DNA of 64,000 nt from IMG/VR virus record IMGVR_UViG_3300043448_000423, positions 6,071 through 70,070 of that record. One strand, written 5' to 3'. Numbering within the stretch: position 1 is the first letter of the stretch; every line of letters starts with the position of its first letter. The notes below the pieces were generated by a model. That model had not been told where the DNA came from and did no database searches. It was given only the letters and a program-made list of their open reading frames with translations. Origin of the DNA: a virus. A program made the position numbers and the translations under genes. This document shows positions 10,501-20,344 of the stretch, in pieces.

Positions 10501-10779
10501 GGTGCTGGTATCTATGCATTGCAACCAAAATCTAAAACAGAATATGATAGTTTAAAAACAGAATTAGAATCCACTTTTAATATAACGACGCCAACTGCAG
10601 TTCCTTCTAGTAACCCAAAAAATGAACCAGCAGCACAACAAACTACAACACCACAAGTTTCCCCCGTGCCTGCTCCCGCTCCCGCTCCACCAGCATCTTC
10701 TGGATCGGTGGCAGTAGTTGGATCTACTAGAACATTTCATCAGGAATTGGATAATATGACTGCACTATACTTTGCCTAA
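7576..10779 (+). CDS. Tape-measure/hub-like virion protein with lysozyme-like (lytic transglycosylase) domain
   Basis: Coiled-coil N-terminus, Gly-rich hydrophobic segment, LLDVIASGEG..ASGRYQI..FTPENQD..LAKEWAAL lysozyme-like motifs (~9160-9610). Confidence 0.65.
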   Translation: MSNLPQPPEGILDPQIPWSRINPNSRLWVTLKARLTGRPTDGEHYSSYVNISEADADRLIANLKKDPRGYPSLDQAGGNPVQWMENQRLYQEWLVEAYLENPFREETNKKIEDAAIESRLNEIQEQKKNKQAPPPEQKEDQQEELDQSQEALEEKIDDLTEDIDSLDEPSQQQSSDSPEQKQETEKQEEQVDSNKDLEKIKGSLDEIKGSLKIQAADLEVINNNNSSSIASLESLKQLFQSHTDILRRQAEQAKLQAEEQATEATNDVSGNQEGTDLTADNKAEGVIQGVDGEVLTIKTTEGQFQQGQTITQGGGGGGLFDMLKGIAGKFLGGKGGAGAGGGGSPLKLSSGGYSTSPSKLADGGTLAPGIYDRPTRGNLGLNQMAIPLNRNVGKPFKKRDDNKRLRKFDQPLVDVMSQPLKAIGLSVLAIAGNFIRALGPLGGFFLPYAKGLVKGFAVVLGVPVGLVMTLLGGPAYAASEQQDRQVNIFAKIWDGLINRFGFDIFGGGDDKKKKKKKEGSTPSTATGQWGPLLDVIASGEGNYDSVNPGLKRPEILDKTISELVAWQYQSKAKDGGTAASGRYQILHPETYAQNAGLSMDEKFTPENQDKMAAAYIEKKRGGKDWLAGKISDEDFGKELAKEWAALEYPGKGGGFYDGDGRNKAKVSFEKVKGALEKVKAEEGVQIKVKEDAPMGKFMGWQILDGPPSGYKVSDNLTMHGKEAYLQHENGFSILPIENNEYSLSKNPGDTLNRWKEILGPSAKVTDTKSEFADGGSKVFDPKKYQEGTESSKYITVGQGDKAKSYSLMYTREGASGTYIIKAISKKVSGNLFSGDNLTSVKLDSAEGQSVLKSTNVLNYFKSRTARSLQLKLKADPDASIFYGYNQAFQTTKNAWIQKGLSQQDAEKYAAAAAREFAVTRKTGSFLPGSKNGLDPSLKDVEVASGDTSSSNSSSESSGEEDPFTALQKAISGIMVGAGIYALQPKSKTEYDSLKTELESTFNITTPTAVPSSNPKNEPAAQQTTTPQVSPVPAPAPAPPASSGSVAVVGSTRTFHQELDNMTALYFA

Positions 10780-10807
10780 ACTAAATACAAAGAAGGGGTT
10801 ATAACTA

Positions 10808-13800
10808 ATGGCATCAGGAACTACGGGGGCAACGTCTACTTATTCAGAGGGCAAAGGATTTTCATTTGCTAAGAATATTGCTTCGCGTATAGTAGATGCC
10901 GCTGAGGCAGCCAAGAAAGAAAAAAAACATCAGCAAAAAATTATTGCAGATGGAGGAACTGTACCAGAAAAAGATAAGAAAAATTTATTTGTTAAAGCAT
11001 TAAAGCAAGAGTTTATATCTAATCCAGTTAATGATTTAAAAAAAAGTTTTAATAAAAAGATAGATAAGGTAGGAAGATTTGTAGGATTATTTGGATCAAA
11101 GGGAGAAAAACTACAAGAAAAATTAGGTGGAAAAAAATTTAAAACAAAAACTGGATTTGATAGATCTAGATATCAATATGCTGAAGATGATTCTGATAAT
11201 TCTGGTGGAAGTGGAGTTGGTGGTGCTGGTTTAGTTGGTTCTTTTGGAGAATTGGTATTAGATATCCAACAAATTGCATCGCAAATTTCATCTATTCAAG
11301 GATTAATAACGACTCAAATGAATATGTCACTTAAAATGAGTGACAGTTTGGAACAAATTAAAAGTATTTTAACTGAACAGATATCTTTACAACAAGAACA
11401 ATTAAATGATGACGAGATGGCAGCAAGAGAAACCGCATTAGAGTCATCTCAGCAAACATCAGGATCTTCAAAAGCAACATCGACATTTAATGATCCTGCT
11501 ATGGCAGGATTAGATATTTTGGCAATGTTTGGACAGTTGAGTAATTTATTTAATATAATTAAGTCATTGCCATCTATGTTTATGGGGTTATTGAAAGGTA
11601 TTGTATCAAAAATTCCTGGTGGTAAATTTTTAATACAAAAATTTGGTGGTGGTGCTGCTAAAAAAGTTACTGGCGAAGCAGCAGAAGCAGGAGCAAAAGG
11701 ATTGCTAGGAAAAATGTTGCGTCCTATATTCAAACGCATACCTATCATTGGTGGTCTTATAGATTTTGCAGTGAGCTTGGCCTTAGGAGAACCTGTAGGT
11801 AGAGCAGCAGCAAAGGCAGCTGGAGCGATGCTAGGAGGCGCTTTAGGGGGTCTTGTTGGTTCTATCTTGCCAGGACCAGGAACTTTTGTTGGTGGTCTTC
11901 TCGGGGGTATAGCAGGCGACTGGGTGGGTGGTGGATTGTATGATGCCATCTCTGGAGCATTTGGTGGAGACAAAGAAAAGAAAATGGCTCAGGGTGGAGG
12001 GGTGATGGTAGCAGATGCTGGACCAGAATTAGTGACAGGATTGCATTCCGCTGATGCAAAGAAAAAGTTAGGAGGAATGAATAATAAAGGTATCGATGCA
12101 GTACAAGATACATATTATTCTGCTCTTGCTGGTAGTACATTGGCAATTACTAAAGATTTTGTTGAAGGATTAGGTCCAGTTGGATCAGCAGTTGCTCCTG
12201 TTATTCAAGATGAAGTTAGTAAATTAGGTAGAGATTTTGATCTTCCTGCTACTACAACTAAAGTTAGTGTTGGTGGTATGGGATTGAGAGGAGACCCACA
12301 AGCAGCGAAGAAAGGACAAAATTTCTTACAAGAATTAGTTAAAGGAACTCTAGAAAAATTAACAGGCAAGAAAGATAAAGACAAGAAAAAAACTTCTTCT
12401 GGATCTACGTCTTCTGGGGATAGTTCATCACCATCACCATCACCATCACCTTCTCCAAATACCCCAACTGGTGGTGGCAAATCTGATTTAACTTTTGGAG
12501 ATAGTATTGCTTCTGGACTTGTAGGAAGGCAAGGTGCTAATCAACAGACAGTAATGGATGCCAGTGGAGTTAGCAAGGTTGGAGCTAGTCCAGCAGATGT
12601 ACTGGGACAGTTGCAATCATTTGATAAAAGTAAGTTGAAAGGTAAAGTAGTTAGATTATCCAGTGGTATTACTAACAATCCATCTGATTTAAATAGCGTC
12701 GAAGAACAAATAAAATATCTCATCAGTGTAGGTGCTAAGGTTCAGTTGGTTGGAGTCACTAACACACCACCAAAGGCAGGTGCATATAAACATCTCGAAA
12801 AACCTTTGACTGGAATGAATGATAAATTATCTGCGCTTGCTTCTAAGTATAAAGACAAGGGAGTATCATTCTTGGGTGGGTTTACGCCAGGGTCAGATGG
12901 TATTCATCCTTCAAACGCATCCGAATTGAATACTAAATTCAATGTTGATGTGTTGCCTGGTGGTCAGGTTGGCGCTGCAGCAGGATACTCTGGTTCTATT
13001 CGATACTTTAGTAGTAATGATGGGAGAGTAAATAAACCACTGGTGGCGGGACAAACGTATTCATTTAATGATACAAAATGGCACCATGGCGCTCCTGTTG
13101 GACAAGGAAAAAATGCGAAGAGAACCTACGGATGGCCAAGAGATTATACGGTATTAACTGGTCCAGATTTATCTGCTCCTAACGCACCAATTCCAACACC
13201 ATTAGATGGAACTATTGTAGAGAAGAACCCATCTCCAGGTGGAGGATATGGTAATCACGTTGTTATTGATACCTCAATTGGTAAGATGTTGTTTGCTCAC
13301 TTCAGTAAGTTTGGAAATATAAAACAGGGAGAGAAAGTTAGTGCTGGTACTATTCTTGGTGTGCAAGGTAACACGCCAGGAGGAATGGCAGACCACTTAC
13401 ATATTGATGCTCCAGAAGCGGGACACGAAGCGTTCATTAATTTTATAACATCTGGAAAAGCAGTTCATGGTGGAACATCAAGTGGCGAAGATGAAGAAGG
13501 CACTGAAACTGATGGCGAACCAGAAGTAGATCCTTTCACTGCAATAGAAAAAGCAGTTAGTGGCATTCTCACTGGCGCTGCCATGATGAGTCCAGATGCA
13601 AAATTTAATACAAAAGAAGATGCCGATAAGGCACAAAAAGAATTTGAGGAAGTATTTAAAATACAACCAGCAACAACATCAGGTGCAAATCCAACAGCGA
13701 CTGCCAATAAACCTAGCACAACTCCTACATCATCCCAACCAGCAGCAGGAGGAGGTATGAATGGAGGGAGATCTTCTACTCCACCCACACCACCACAGAG

Positions 13801-13921
13801 AACATCAGTCACTAGTATTCCAACTGGTATGCCAACATCTCCATCAGAAGGTTTAGCAGCTCCTTCGCGGGCAGGTGATGGTGTTACTGCTGATGTACTT
13901 AGACCTAAATGGGGGGTTTGA
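10808..13921 (+). CDS. Second tape-measure-like virion protein with SGNH-like and M23 peptidase domains
   Basis: KRIPIIGGLI and Gly/Ala-rich segment; FGDSIA..GITNN..DGIHP (SGNH); GYGNHVVI..FAHFS..V.AG..LG.QGNT..DHLHI (M23). Confidence 0.65.
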   Translation: MASGTTGATSTYSEGKGFSFAKNIASRIVDAAEAAKKEKKHQQKIIADGGTVPEKDKKNLFVKALKQEFISNPVNDLKKSFNKKIDKVGRFVGLFGSKGEKLQEKLGGKKFKTKTGFDRSRYQYAEDDSDNSGGSGVGGAGLVGSFGELVLDIQQIASQISSIQGLITTQMNMSLKMSDSLEQIKSILTEQISLQQEQLNDDEMAARETALESSQQTSGSSKATSTFNDPAMAGLDILAMFGQLSNLFNIIKSLPSMFMGLLKGIVSKIPGGKFLIQKFGGGAAKKVTGEAAEAGAKGLLGKMLRPIFKRIPIIGGLIDFAVSLALGEPVGRAAAKAAGAMLGGALGGLVGSILPGPGTFVGGLLGGIAGDWVGGGLYDAISGAFGGDKEKKMAQGGGVMVADAGPELVTGLHSADAKKKLGGMNNKGIDAVQDTYYSALAGSTLAITKDFVEGLGPVGSAVAPVIQDEVSKLGRDFDLPATTTKVSVGGMGLRGDPQAAKKGQNFLQELVKGTLEKLTGKKDKDKKKTSSGSTSSGDSSSPSPSPSPSPNTPTGGGKSDLTFGDSIASGLVGRQGANQQTVMDASGVSKVGASPADVLGQLQSFDKSKLKGKVVRLSSGITNNPSDLNSVEEQIKYLISVGAKVQLVGVTNTPPKAGAYKHLEKPLTGMNDKLSALASKYKDKGVSFLGGFTPGSDGIHPSNASELNTKFNVDVLPGGQVGAAAGYSGSIRYFSSNDGRVNKPLVAGQTYSFNDTKWHHGAPVGQGKNAKRTYGWPRDYTVLTGPDLSAPNAPIPTPLDGTIVEKNPSPGGGYGNHVVIDTSIGKMLFAHFSKFGNIKQGEKVSAGTILGVQGNTPGGMADHLHIDAPEAGHEAFINFITSGKAVHGGTSSGEDEEGTETDGEPEVDPFTAIEKAVSGILTGAAMMSPDAKFNTKEDADKAQKEFEEVFKIQPATTSGANPTATANKPSTTPTSSQPAAGGGMNGGRSSTPPTPPQRTSVTSIPTGMPTSPSEGLAAPSRAGDGVTADVLRPKWGV

Positions 13922-13923
13922 AC

Positions 13924-15381
13924 ATGACTTCTAATAAAAATGCAGCAAGACCAGATGTTTTTGAAATAGATACTGATATTTTACTAACAGATTTTTCTGG
14001 AAAAGAATATTATTTAACTGGAACTAAAGCTAACGTTCAAGTTATGTCTTTGATTCTTTACGAATCTTTAGAAACTCCATACTTACTTGGTAATTTAACT
14101 GTTACTGATAGTGGAGTCAACTTAATTGGAACGGTTCCTATTAGTGGAATGGAAAAGATTACTTTTAGTATTAAAACACCATACTTCTCTGAAAATAAGT
14201 ATAGTTATACTATGTATGTTTCTGCGGTTAGAAACAGGGTAGGTTCTGGTAGAGTTCAAACTTATACTTTAGATTTAATTTCATACGAAGGATTGCAAAA
14301 TGAAGGATTGAGAATAGGAAAAATGTATGCTGATTATGGTAATAAAATTGTTGAAGATATTATGAAAACTTATTTTAAAACAAATAAAAAAGTGGACACA
14401 GAACCATGCAAATATCAGATGAAATTTATTCCTAGAGGACAAAGACCTTTTGAATTAATTTATTCTATGCTGCATAAATGTATCTCATCAAACTTTTCTT
14501 CCAATACTGATACGGGATCGAAAAGTAATATATTATCTACAGGAACAAAATCAGAGGGACAAACTGATGTAAATCCACAGGAAACTATATCAGGAAGTGC
14601 TGGATATTTTTTCTGGGAAACTTATGATGGATTCCAATTTAAATCTATAGATAAATTATGTGCATCCGAGTATGTATCTGGATCAAGTGGCACGAAAGTA
14701 AAAGATACATTTGTTTCTAGGTTGGGAAAGATTGATGGTAATCAGGATCCAGGTAGAAATATTTTGGAATATCAATACACAAATGAAATTGATGTGATTA
14801 AAAAAATGAGGTATGGGACTTATAGTTCTATGATGGTATTTTTTAATCCATCAACAGGACAGTATGAAGAATATATATTTAATATAGATGAATCATATAA
14901 TTCAATGATTCATTTAGGAAAAGATGAAAAGATACCAGATGGTCCAAAGAGTTTGTCGAAGTATCCTACAAGGATTATGACACAAATTATGGATCACGAA
15001 ACATTTTATAATGGAACTGATATTGCTTCACCAGACCCAAAAGATAATGATCAATCTGGATCTCAGTTTCCAGATTATAAAAAATATTATACGTCACAAT
15101 CTATTGCTAGAAAATTATTATTAAATAATCAAGAGTTGCATGTGACTATTTGCGGCAACTTAACTCTACGAGCAGGTGATAAAGTTAATATTTTGCTACC
15201 TAATTATTCAACTGAAAGTGATAGAGAAACACAGCAATATGATAAGCAACACAGTGGAACATATTTGATTAAAGATATATCATATGAATTTTATTTACAA
15301 AAAAATCAACAGTCAAATATAACTGTGACAAATATGACATTAGTTCGTGATTCTTTTGGGGCATTTACTTTACAAGTATAG
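13924..15381 (+). CDS. Baseplate hub protein (gp27/phage late control D-like)
   Basis: YESLETPYLLG..GYFFWETYDGFQFKSIDKL..GNLTLRAGDKVNI..SGTYLI..LVRDS; position upstream of gp5. Confidence 0.65.
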   Translation: MTSNKNAARPDVFEIDTDILLTDFSGKEYYLTGTKANVQVMSLILYESLETPYLLGNLTVTDSGVNLIGTVPISGMEKITFSIKTPYFSENKYSYTMYVSAVRNRVGSGRVQTYTLDLISYEGLQNEGLRIGKMYADYGNKIVEDIMKTYFKTNKKVDTEPCKYQMKFIPRGQRPFELIYSMLHKCISSNFSSNTDTGSKSNILSTGTKSEGQTDVNPQETISGSAGYFFWETYDGFQFKSIDKLCASEYVSGSSGTKVKDTFVSRLGKIDGNQDPGRNILEYQYTNEIDVIKKMRYGTYSSMMVFFNPSTGQYEEYIFNIDESYNSMIHLGKDEKIPDGPKSLSKYPTRIMTQIMDHETFYNGTDIASPDPKDNDQSGSQFPDYKKYYTSQSIARKLLLNNQELHVTICGNLTLRAGDKVNILLPNYSTESDRETQQYDKQHSGTYLIKDISYEFYLQKNQQSNITVTNMTLVRDSFGAFTLQV

Positions 15382-15394
15382 GAGAAAAAAATAA

Positions 15395-15607
15395 ATGGAA
15401 AACATTCAGAAACACATAGAACATGATAGAAAAATTGTTGGAGATCCTTTAGCATCTTCGCAATCAAGAAGACATGCAGAAGAAGAATTAGAATCATTAG
15501 AAAGATATCATGCAAGACATCCAGAAGATGAACATGATCCAACTCCATTTGAATTATATTGTGATGACAATCCAGACGCAATAGAGTGTAGAGTGTTTGA
15601 CGTATGA
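15395..15607 (+). CDS. cp12: CP12 Calvin-cycle inhibitor (auxiliary metabolic gene)
   Basis: AEEELESL..DPTPFELYCDDNPDAIECRVFD C-terminal CP12 signature with Cys pair. Confidence 0.92.
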   Translation: MENIQKHIEHDRKIVGDPLASSQSRRHAEEELESLERYHARHPEDEHDPTPFELYCDDNPDAIECRVFDV

Positions 15608-18438
15608 TACAAGAATTTCTGGGATCAACTAACTTTGTAGGTAGAGATGGTTTTTACTGGTGGATTGGGCAAGTAGAAACGGAGAAAGGAGAACAGCAAA
15701 AAGGAGATGATCGATACAAAGTTAGAATAGTAGGACAGCATTTGAAAGATTGCAATGCAGTTGCATATGATGATTTGCCATGGGCAATTGTCATGATGCC
15801 GCCTACTGCTCCCAGAAGAGAAGGTGGTGGAGATTACACCAGCGTAAAATACAAAGCTGGCGATTGGGTTATTGGATTTTTTCTAGATGGTAGAGAGGGT
15901 CAGCAACCAGTTATCATTGGATCAATTGGTCAACAATATAAAGCTTCTACTACCCATGTTGGTAAAGATAAACCAGCAGAAAAGTGTTTAGCTTTTACTA
16001 CATTCTTAGAAAGAGATATTAATCCGAGTACTGCTGTCCCCGCTACAGAACAAGATAAATTAAAACAAGGTGGTCTCACAGGAGCTGGTGCAAGCACTGG
16101 CACAGATCAAACCAAACAACCAGATTTAAATGGACCAGTAAACAATAAAAATGAAACAGCGTCTGCTGCGCTTTTAGCAACTAGATGTTGTAATAGTGAA
16201 ACCAATCCAGGTGGTCAATATTTTTGTGTTGAGGTATCAGATGCTAAATGTGATACCACAGACAATGATCAATCTAGATTTGAAAAAGTTTTGTCTGAAC
16301 TATTTGCTAATATACAATCTAGTGATGGTCAGATAGGAACTCAGATTGTTAGTCAATATACTGGAAAGTTATATGATTATGTTGGTATTGCAAATGAATA
16401 TGTAGGGAAACTAGCAAAATTAGGCAACTCTTTAGTTGCCAGAGTCAAGGGAGAAATATTTGCACTGATCAAACAAGGCGCAAAAGAGATATTAAATTTT
16501 TTATTGACCGAAGAAGTTATAGATACTGAAGCAACAGAAGCGGCAAAAAAAGCAGCTACTGCATCTGGTAAAGATCCAAAAGAAGTTCAACCAGTAAAGA
16601 AAAGAGTAGGAAGATTAAGAGGAATTACTGCGTGGATTAATGATCAATTAAAAAATGTTAATTGTGTCATGGAAGATCTCGATCAAAGATTGAGAGAATT
16701 TTTAGAGGATCTTATTTTTGGTGCTCTGGAAACAGTATTTAATTCAGCAAGATGCTTTGTTAGTCAATTGGTCAATGATATTTTTAATCAGATTGCTGCT
16801 TTCTTGGAAGATGCATTAAATAGTATTCTTGGACCTCTACAATCATTACTTGCTGTTATTGCAAGTCCTTTTGATATTCTAGGTACTGCTATTGCACAGT
16901 TATTTGATATTTTAGGAATTACTTGTGGTGGACCAACTCAATCTTGTGCATCTAAAGAACAAACTTCTAATTGTACTGGTCCATGTGGTGATAGTAGCGA
17001 TAATCAAAATTTCTTAGATGAATTAATTAATGCAATAGAAGATGGCAATCTCGATACCAGTGATGGTAATTGTGATACTTCTTCTGTACCAGATATTAAG
17101 GATACCGTTGTTGATCTTGTGGGAGGTACGCCGAATGAAGATAAGTTTTCTGATGAAACAGATGATGGCGCAACTACTTCTCCTGTTGGTGATACCGAAG
17201 ATACAATTACAGATCCAACTCTAGATCCAGATACTTATACTTCTCCAAGTGTAAATGATTATCCACCTACCACTACATTATTACCTGATGATAATCCAAC
17301 AAATATAACTCCAGATAATATAACACCATCTACTAACGCTCCATCAGTATTAAATAAATCAACAGTGGCATTTATTTCTCTTGCTGGTGGGTTGGCAGCA
17401 GATACTGTTGGAAATTTGAAATTAAGATTCACTGACTTTTCTTCTGCTCCTGCAACATCTTTTATTAGTGCAAATAAAAAATTTAATATATCTAATGATA
17501 TTAAACTTCTGTTATCATCTACTTCGGAAGTATCTTTTGTTTCTAATTTAGTAGATGAAGATGCTATTACATATTCTCTAACGGTAAGTAAAACTATTGT
17601 TAATGAAGGAGAAACAATTGTATTTACATTGGTAGCTAACGGTGGTGTTGTTCAAGATTATACTAAATTTAACTATGCATTGTTTGGAACTAACATAACT
17701 GTTTCTGATTTCCAGAATAATTCTACATCAGGTACGATGACTATGATCGGTAACATAGCAAAAACTAGTATCACTATTGCTGATGATGGGTTAGAAGAAC
17801 CTGTAGAAACTGTCACATTTAACATAAAAGATATAGGAAAGACAGTAGCATTTACTATCGCATCGTCAACTAAAACTAATCAACAAACTACACCAACTAA
17901 AACATTCAAAACTCCAAAGATAGGTACACCTGAAGTATGTGACGATGGCAGAATCATGGAGGTTCCTATAATAAGTAAAGGAGATCCTTACTTATCACCA
18001 CCATTAGTTCTCATAACTGGAACTGGATTTGGCGCGTCTGCAAAGGCAATTTTAGATGAGAATGGGTATCTAAGTAAAATTATGATCACTAGATCGGGTG
18101 TAGGATATAAACCATTTAGATCGAGAAAAAACTGTACGATTGGGCAGATAGTAATAGCGTCACAAGGTAATGGATATTATAAAGAGCCCACTGTATTTGT
18201 AAATGGTAAATCAAATGTCGCAAGAGCTATAATTGATACACAAGGAAGAGTAACAAAAATAGAAGTCATAGATAAGACCCAAATTTTTGGTTGTACTCCA
18301 ATTGTAGAAGTGTTTGGCGGAAACGGACTGGGGGCAAGAGCTATTCCAGTTATGGAATGTCGTGATGATATTCTTTACTCAGAATTCCAGAAAGAGATTG
18401 CTCCATCTGGTACAGATAAAGTTATTGATTGTCCATAG
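15604..18438 (+). CDS. gp5: gp5-like baseplate hub/spike protein, N-terminal part
   Basis: GRDGFYWWIGQVE..RYKVRIVGQH..LPWA..GDWVIGFFLDG..QQPVIIG gp5 OB-fold; later Cys-rich and Ig/Calx-like regions. Confidence 0.8.
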   Translation: MIQEFLGSTNFVGRDGFYWWIGQVETEKGEQQKGDDRYKVRIVGQHLKDCNAVAYDDLPWAIVMMPPTAPRREGGGDYTSVKYKAGDWVIGFFLDGREGQQPVIIGSIGQQYKASTTHVGKDKPAEKCLAFTTFLERDINPSTAVPATEQDKLKQGGLTGAGASTGTDQTKQPDLNGPVNNKNETASAALLATRCCNSETNPGGQYFCVEVSDAKCDTTDNDQSRFEKVLSELFANIQSSDGQIGTQIVSQYTGKLYDYVGIANEYVGKLAKLGNSLVARVKGEIFALIKQGAKEILNFLLTEEVIDTEATEAAKKAATASGKDPKEVQPVKKRVGRLRGITAWINDQLKNVNCVMEDLDQRLREFLEDLIFGALETVFNSARCFVSQLVNDIFNQIAAFLEDALNSILGPLQSLLAVIASPFDILGTAIAQLFDILGITCGGPTQSCASKEQTSNCTGPCGDSSDNQNFLDELINAIEDGNLDTSDGNCDTSSVPDIKDTVVDLVGGTPNEDKFSDETDDGATTSPVGDTEDTITDPTLDPDTYTSPSVNDYPPTTTLLPDDNPTNITPDNITPSTNAPSVLNKSTVAFISLAGGLAADTVGNLKLRFTDFSSAPATSFISANKKFNISNDIKLLLSSTSEVSFVSNLVDEDAITYSLTVSKTIVNEGETIVFTLVANGGVVQDYTKFNYALFGTNITVSDFQNNSTSGTMTMIGNIAKTSITIADDGLEEPVETVTFNIKDIGKTVAFTIASSTKTNQQTTPTKTFKTPKIGTPEVCDDGRIMEVPIISKGDPYLSPPLVLITGTGFGASAKAILDENGYLSKIMITRSGVGYKPFRSRKNCTIGQIVIASQGNGYYKEPTVFVNGKSNVARAIIDTQGRVTKIEVIDKTQIFGCTPIVEVFGGNGLGARAIPVMECRDDILYSEFQKEIAPSGTDKVIDCP

Positions 18439-18450
18439 GAGGTATAGATT

Positions 18451-19824
18451 GTGGCATCAACACAGAATAGTTATTTAAATGCAGCTGCTGCTTATGATAG
18501 CGAAAAACCAGATCCGAAATACTTTGCTCAATCTTCAGTAAATTCTGCGACATTAGGATCAGAAGTTGGACAAATCAATGGAGATAGTACTGGATTTACA
18601 GCAACAGAAACTTTAGAGGATAAACAAAAGCAATCGACTGATGGTGGTTGTGGTACATCTTTCACAACTGCTACAGATCCAGCAAAAATAAACGTAAAAC
18701 AATCCTTAGGTGGACATGTAACGAAAGTTGAAACAGTAAACAGTGATGGAGATCCTCTTATCAAAATTATGACTAGTGATGGTAAGTCAGTCACGTTTGA
18801 TGAAGATGGTAGTGTCATATTTACTACTGCTAAAAGAAATAATGATCCCCTTAGTGGTAGGTTTGATGTGCGTTCTCAGGGAAGTACTAGATTGAAAGTA
18901 GGTGAATCATTATTGATAGAAGTTGAAAATAAAAATAATGTTGTTGCTTCAAAAGATGGCAGTACTAAGTCGTCCAAAGCATTTTCTTTAGTTGTTTATG
19001 GTAACGTAGATATTACAGCACATGATGGAGAAATAAATGCTAAAGCTAAAAATATAACATTAAATGCAACTAATGAATTAACTTTACAAGCGGGATCTAA
19101 AATTAGTTTATTGTCTGGCAAAGGAAAAGGACAATCAAATTCTACCACGACTTCATCAAATACACAATCATCAAGTCAGGTTGAGTATGGTGGATTGATA
19201 GAGTTTAAAGGAGGAGATATAAACATTGATGGATTAACAGTGAGACAAAATTCGTCGGTTGATTATAAAATAGTCAGTCACGAAGGAGCAACGTTATCAT
19301 CAGAAAAACTTGCTAATTATGGATTCCAGTCCCCAGGTTCGTTTACTTTAGATATTTCTGGTGATTTTGCAGAACTAATTGGTGGTCTAAAAAGAACAGA
19401 AATATACGCTAAATCAGATGCAGCTTCTACAATTTTACCAGGGCAAACAGATGGGTGGTACACAAGTGTTGCCGCAGTAAAAGGTGATGCATTTGTAGTT
19501 GAAGCTGCTTCGGGTGGTGTCTATATGCATACCACTAAGGGAGATATGATAGTCCAAACAGATTCTGGTTCAGTTTTGATGGATTCTACAACAGCTGGTG
19601 GATTTTCTGCTTTAGATAAAGCCAATCCAGCAGGGAATTCTAAACCTCTCTCTCCAGGAGTATATTTACGAGGATACAATAAAAGTGTCTATATTGGAAC
19701 TTCGCAAGGAGATATTTGTATCGGCATAGGTTCTGCCCAACAAGCAAGCACTGTTACCAATGGAATAAAAATTACTGCAGCAAAATTAGAAATAAAAAAT
19801 TCTACAGGAATTTATTTAAATTAA
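18451..19824 (+). CDS. gp5 C-terminal beta-helix/spike-like protein
   Basis: Follows gp5-N; beta-helix-like repeats (VYGNVDITAHDGEINAKAKNITLNATNELTLQAG), ends TGIYLN. Confidence 0.55.
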   Translation: MASTQNSYLNAAAAYDSEKPDPKYFAQSSVNSATLGSEVGQINGDSTGFTATETLEDKQKQSTDGGCGTSFTTATDPAKINVKQSLGGHVTKVETVNSDGDPLIKIMTSDGKSVTFDEDGSVIFTTAKRNNDPLSGRFDVRSQGSTRLKVGESLLIEVENKNNVVASKDGSTKSSKAFSLVVYGNVDITAHDGEINAKAKNITLNATNELTLQAGSKISLLSGKGKGQSNSTTTSSNTQSSSQVEYGGLIEFKGGDINIDGLTVRQNSSVDYKIVSHEGATLSSEKLANYGFQSPGSFTLDISGDFAELIGGLKRTEIYAKSDAASTILPGQTDGWYTSVAAVKGDAFVVEAASGGVYMHTTKGDMIVQTDSGSVLMDSTTAGGFSALDKANPAGNSKPLSPGVYLRGYNKSVYIGTSQGDICIGIGSAQQASTVTNGIKITAAKLEIKNSTGIYLN

Positions 19825-19904
19825 TAGAGATTTCAAAATTGACCTTTAATTACCAAAAAGGTCGAAAAAAAATTCGGGGTAATTTTTGCTTAAAAAAGTC
19901 GAGC

Positions 19905-19933
19905 TTGACATGACCCCTAAATACCGCTATACT
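19905..19933 (+). promoter_or_regulatory. sigma70-type promoter upstream of small ORF and tRNA cluster
   Basis: TTGACA-N17-TATACT. Confidence 0.75.
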
Positions 19934-19963
19934 AGCAATGTGGCGCTTTGAGGTCTGGGTCTT

Positions 19964-20152
19964 ATGAATCTTCAAAATCCTTCTGAATCAGCTCTTGACA
20001 AAATCACGGTTGACCTTTATAATAAGAAGGTAATCATCAGAGGAGAACATGGAACGACTCTTACCTTTCGATGTGCTACAATCAACGAGTTGGTTGAACT
20101 AAAGGAAAAATGTGGTAAACTATTGAAGACAGACAACTTCATTTATCGTTGA
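19964..20152 (+). CDS. Hypothetical protein
   Basis: 62-aa ORF with GAGG SD, downstream of a promoter. Confidence 0.6.
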   Translation: MNLQNPSESALDKITVDLYNKKVIIRGEHGTTLTFRCATINELVELKEKCGKLLKTDNFIYR

Positions 20153-20225
20153 GCTCCTTTAGCAATCTGGTGAATGCACCGAACTCATAATTCGGCTAAG
20201 GTGGGTTCGATCCCCTCAAGGAGCA
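20153..20225 (+). tRNA. tRNA with CAT anticodon (Met or lysidine-modified Ile2)
   Basis: Acceptor GCTCCTT/AAGGAGC-A, anticodon arm CCGAA-CTCATAA-TTCGG, T-loop GTTCGATCC. Confidence 0.9.
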
Positions 20226-20228
20226 TTT

Positions 20229-20300
20229 GGGTCATTAACTCAGCGGTAGAGTATTCGGCTTTTAACCGATTAGCCGTTGGTTCAAATCCAACATGACCCA
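20229..20300 (+). tRNA. tRNA-Lys(TTT)
   Basis: GGGTCAT/ATGACCC-A, TCGG-CTTTTAA-CCGA, GTTCAAATCC. Confidence 0.92.
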
Positions 20301-20301
20301 C

Positions 20302-20330
20302 TTGACAATCTGAGCACTTGCTGCTATGAT
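20302..20330 (+). promoter_or_regulatory. sigma70-type promoter for tRNA-Leu
   Basis: TTGACA-N17-TATGAT. Confidence 0.7.
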
Positions 20331-20344
20331 TGTCTCATGTCCAA

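Noticed and set aside
12420-12460. TCACCA tandem repeat
   Set aside because: Encodes a Ser-Pro linker between domains
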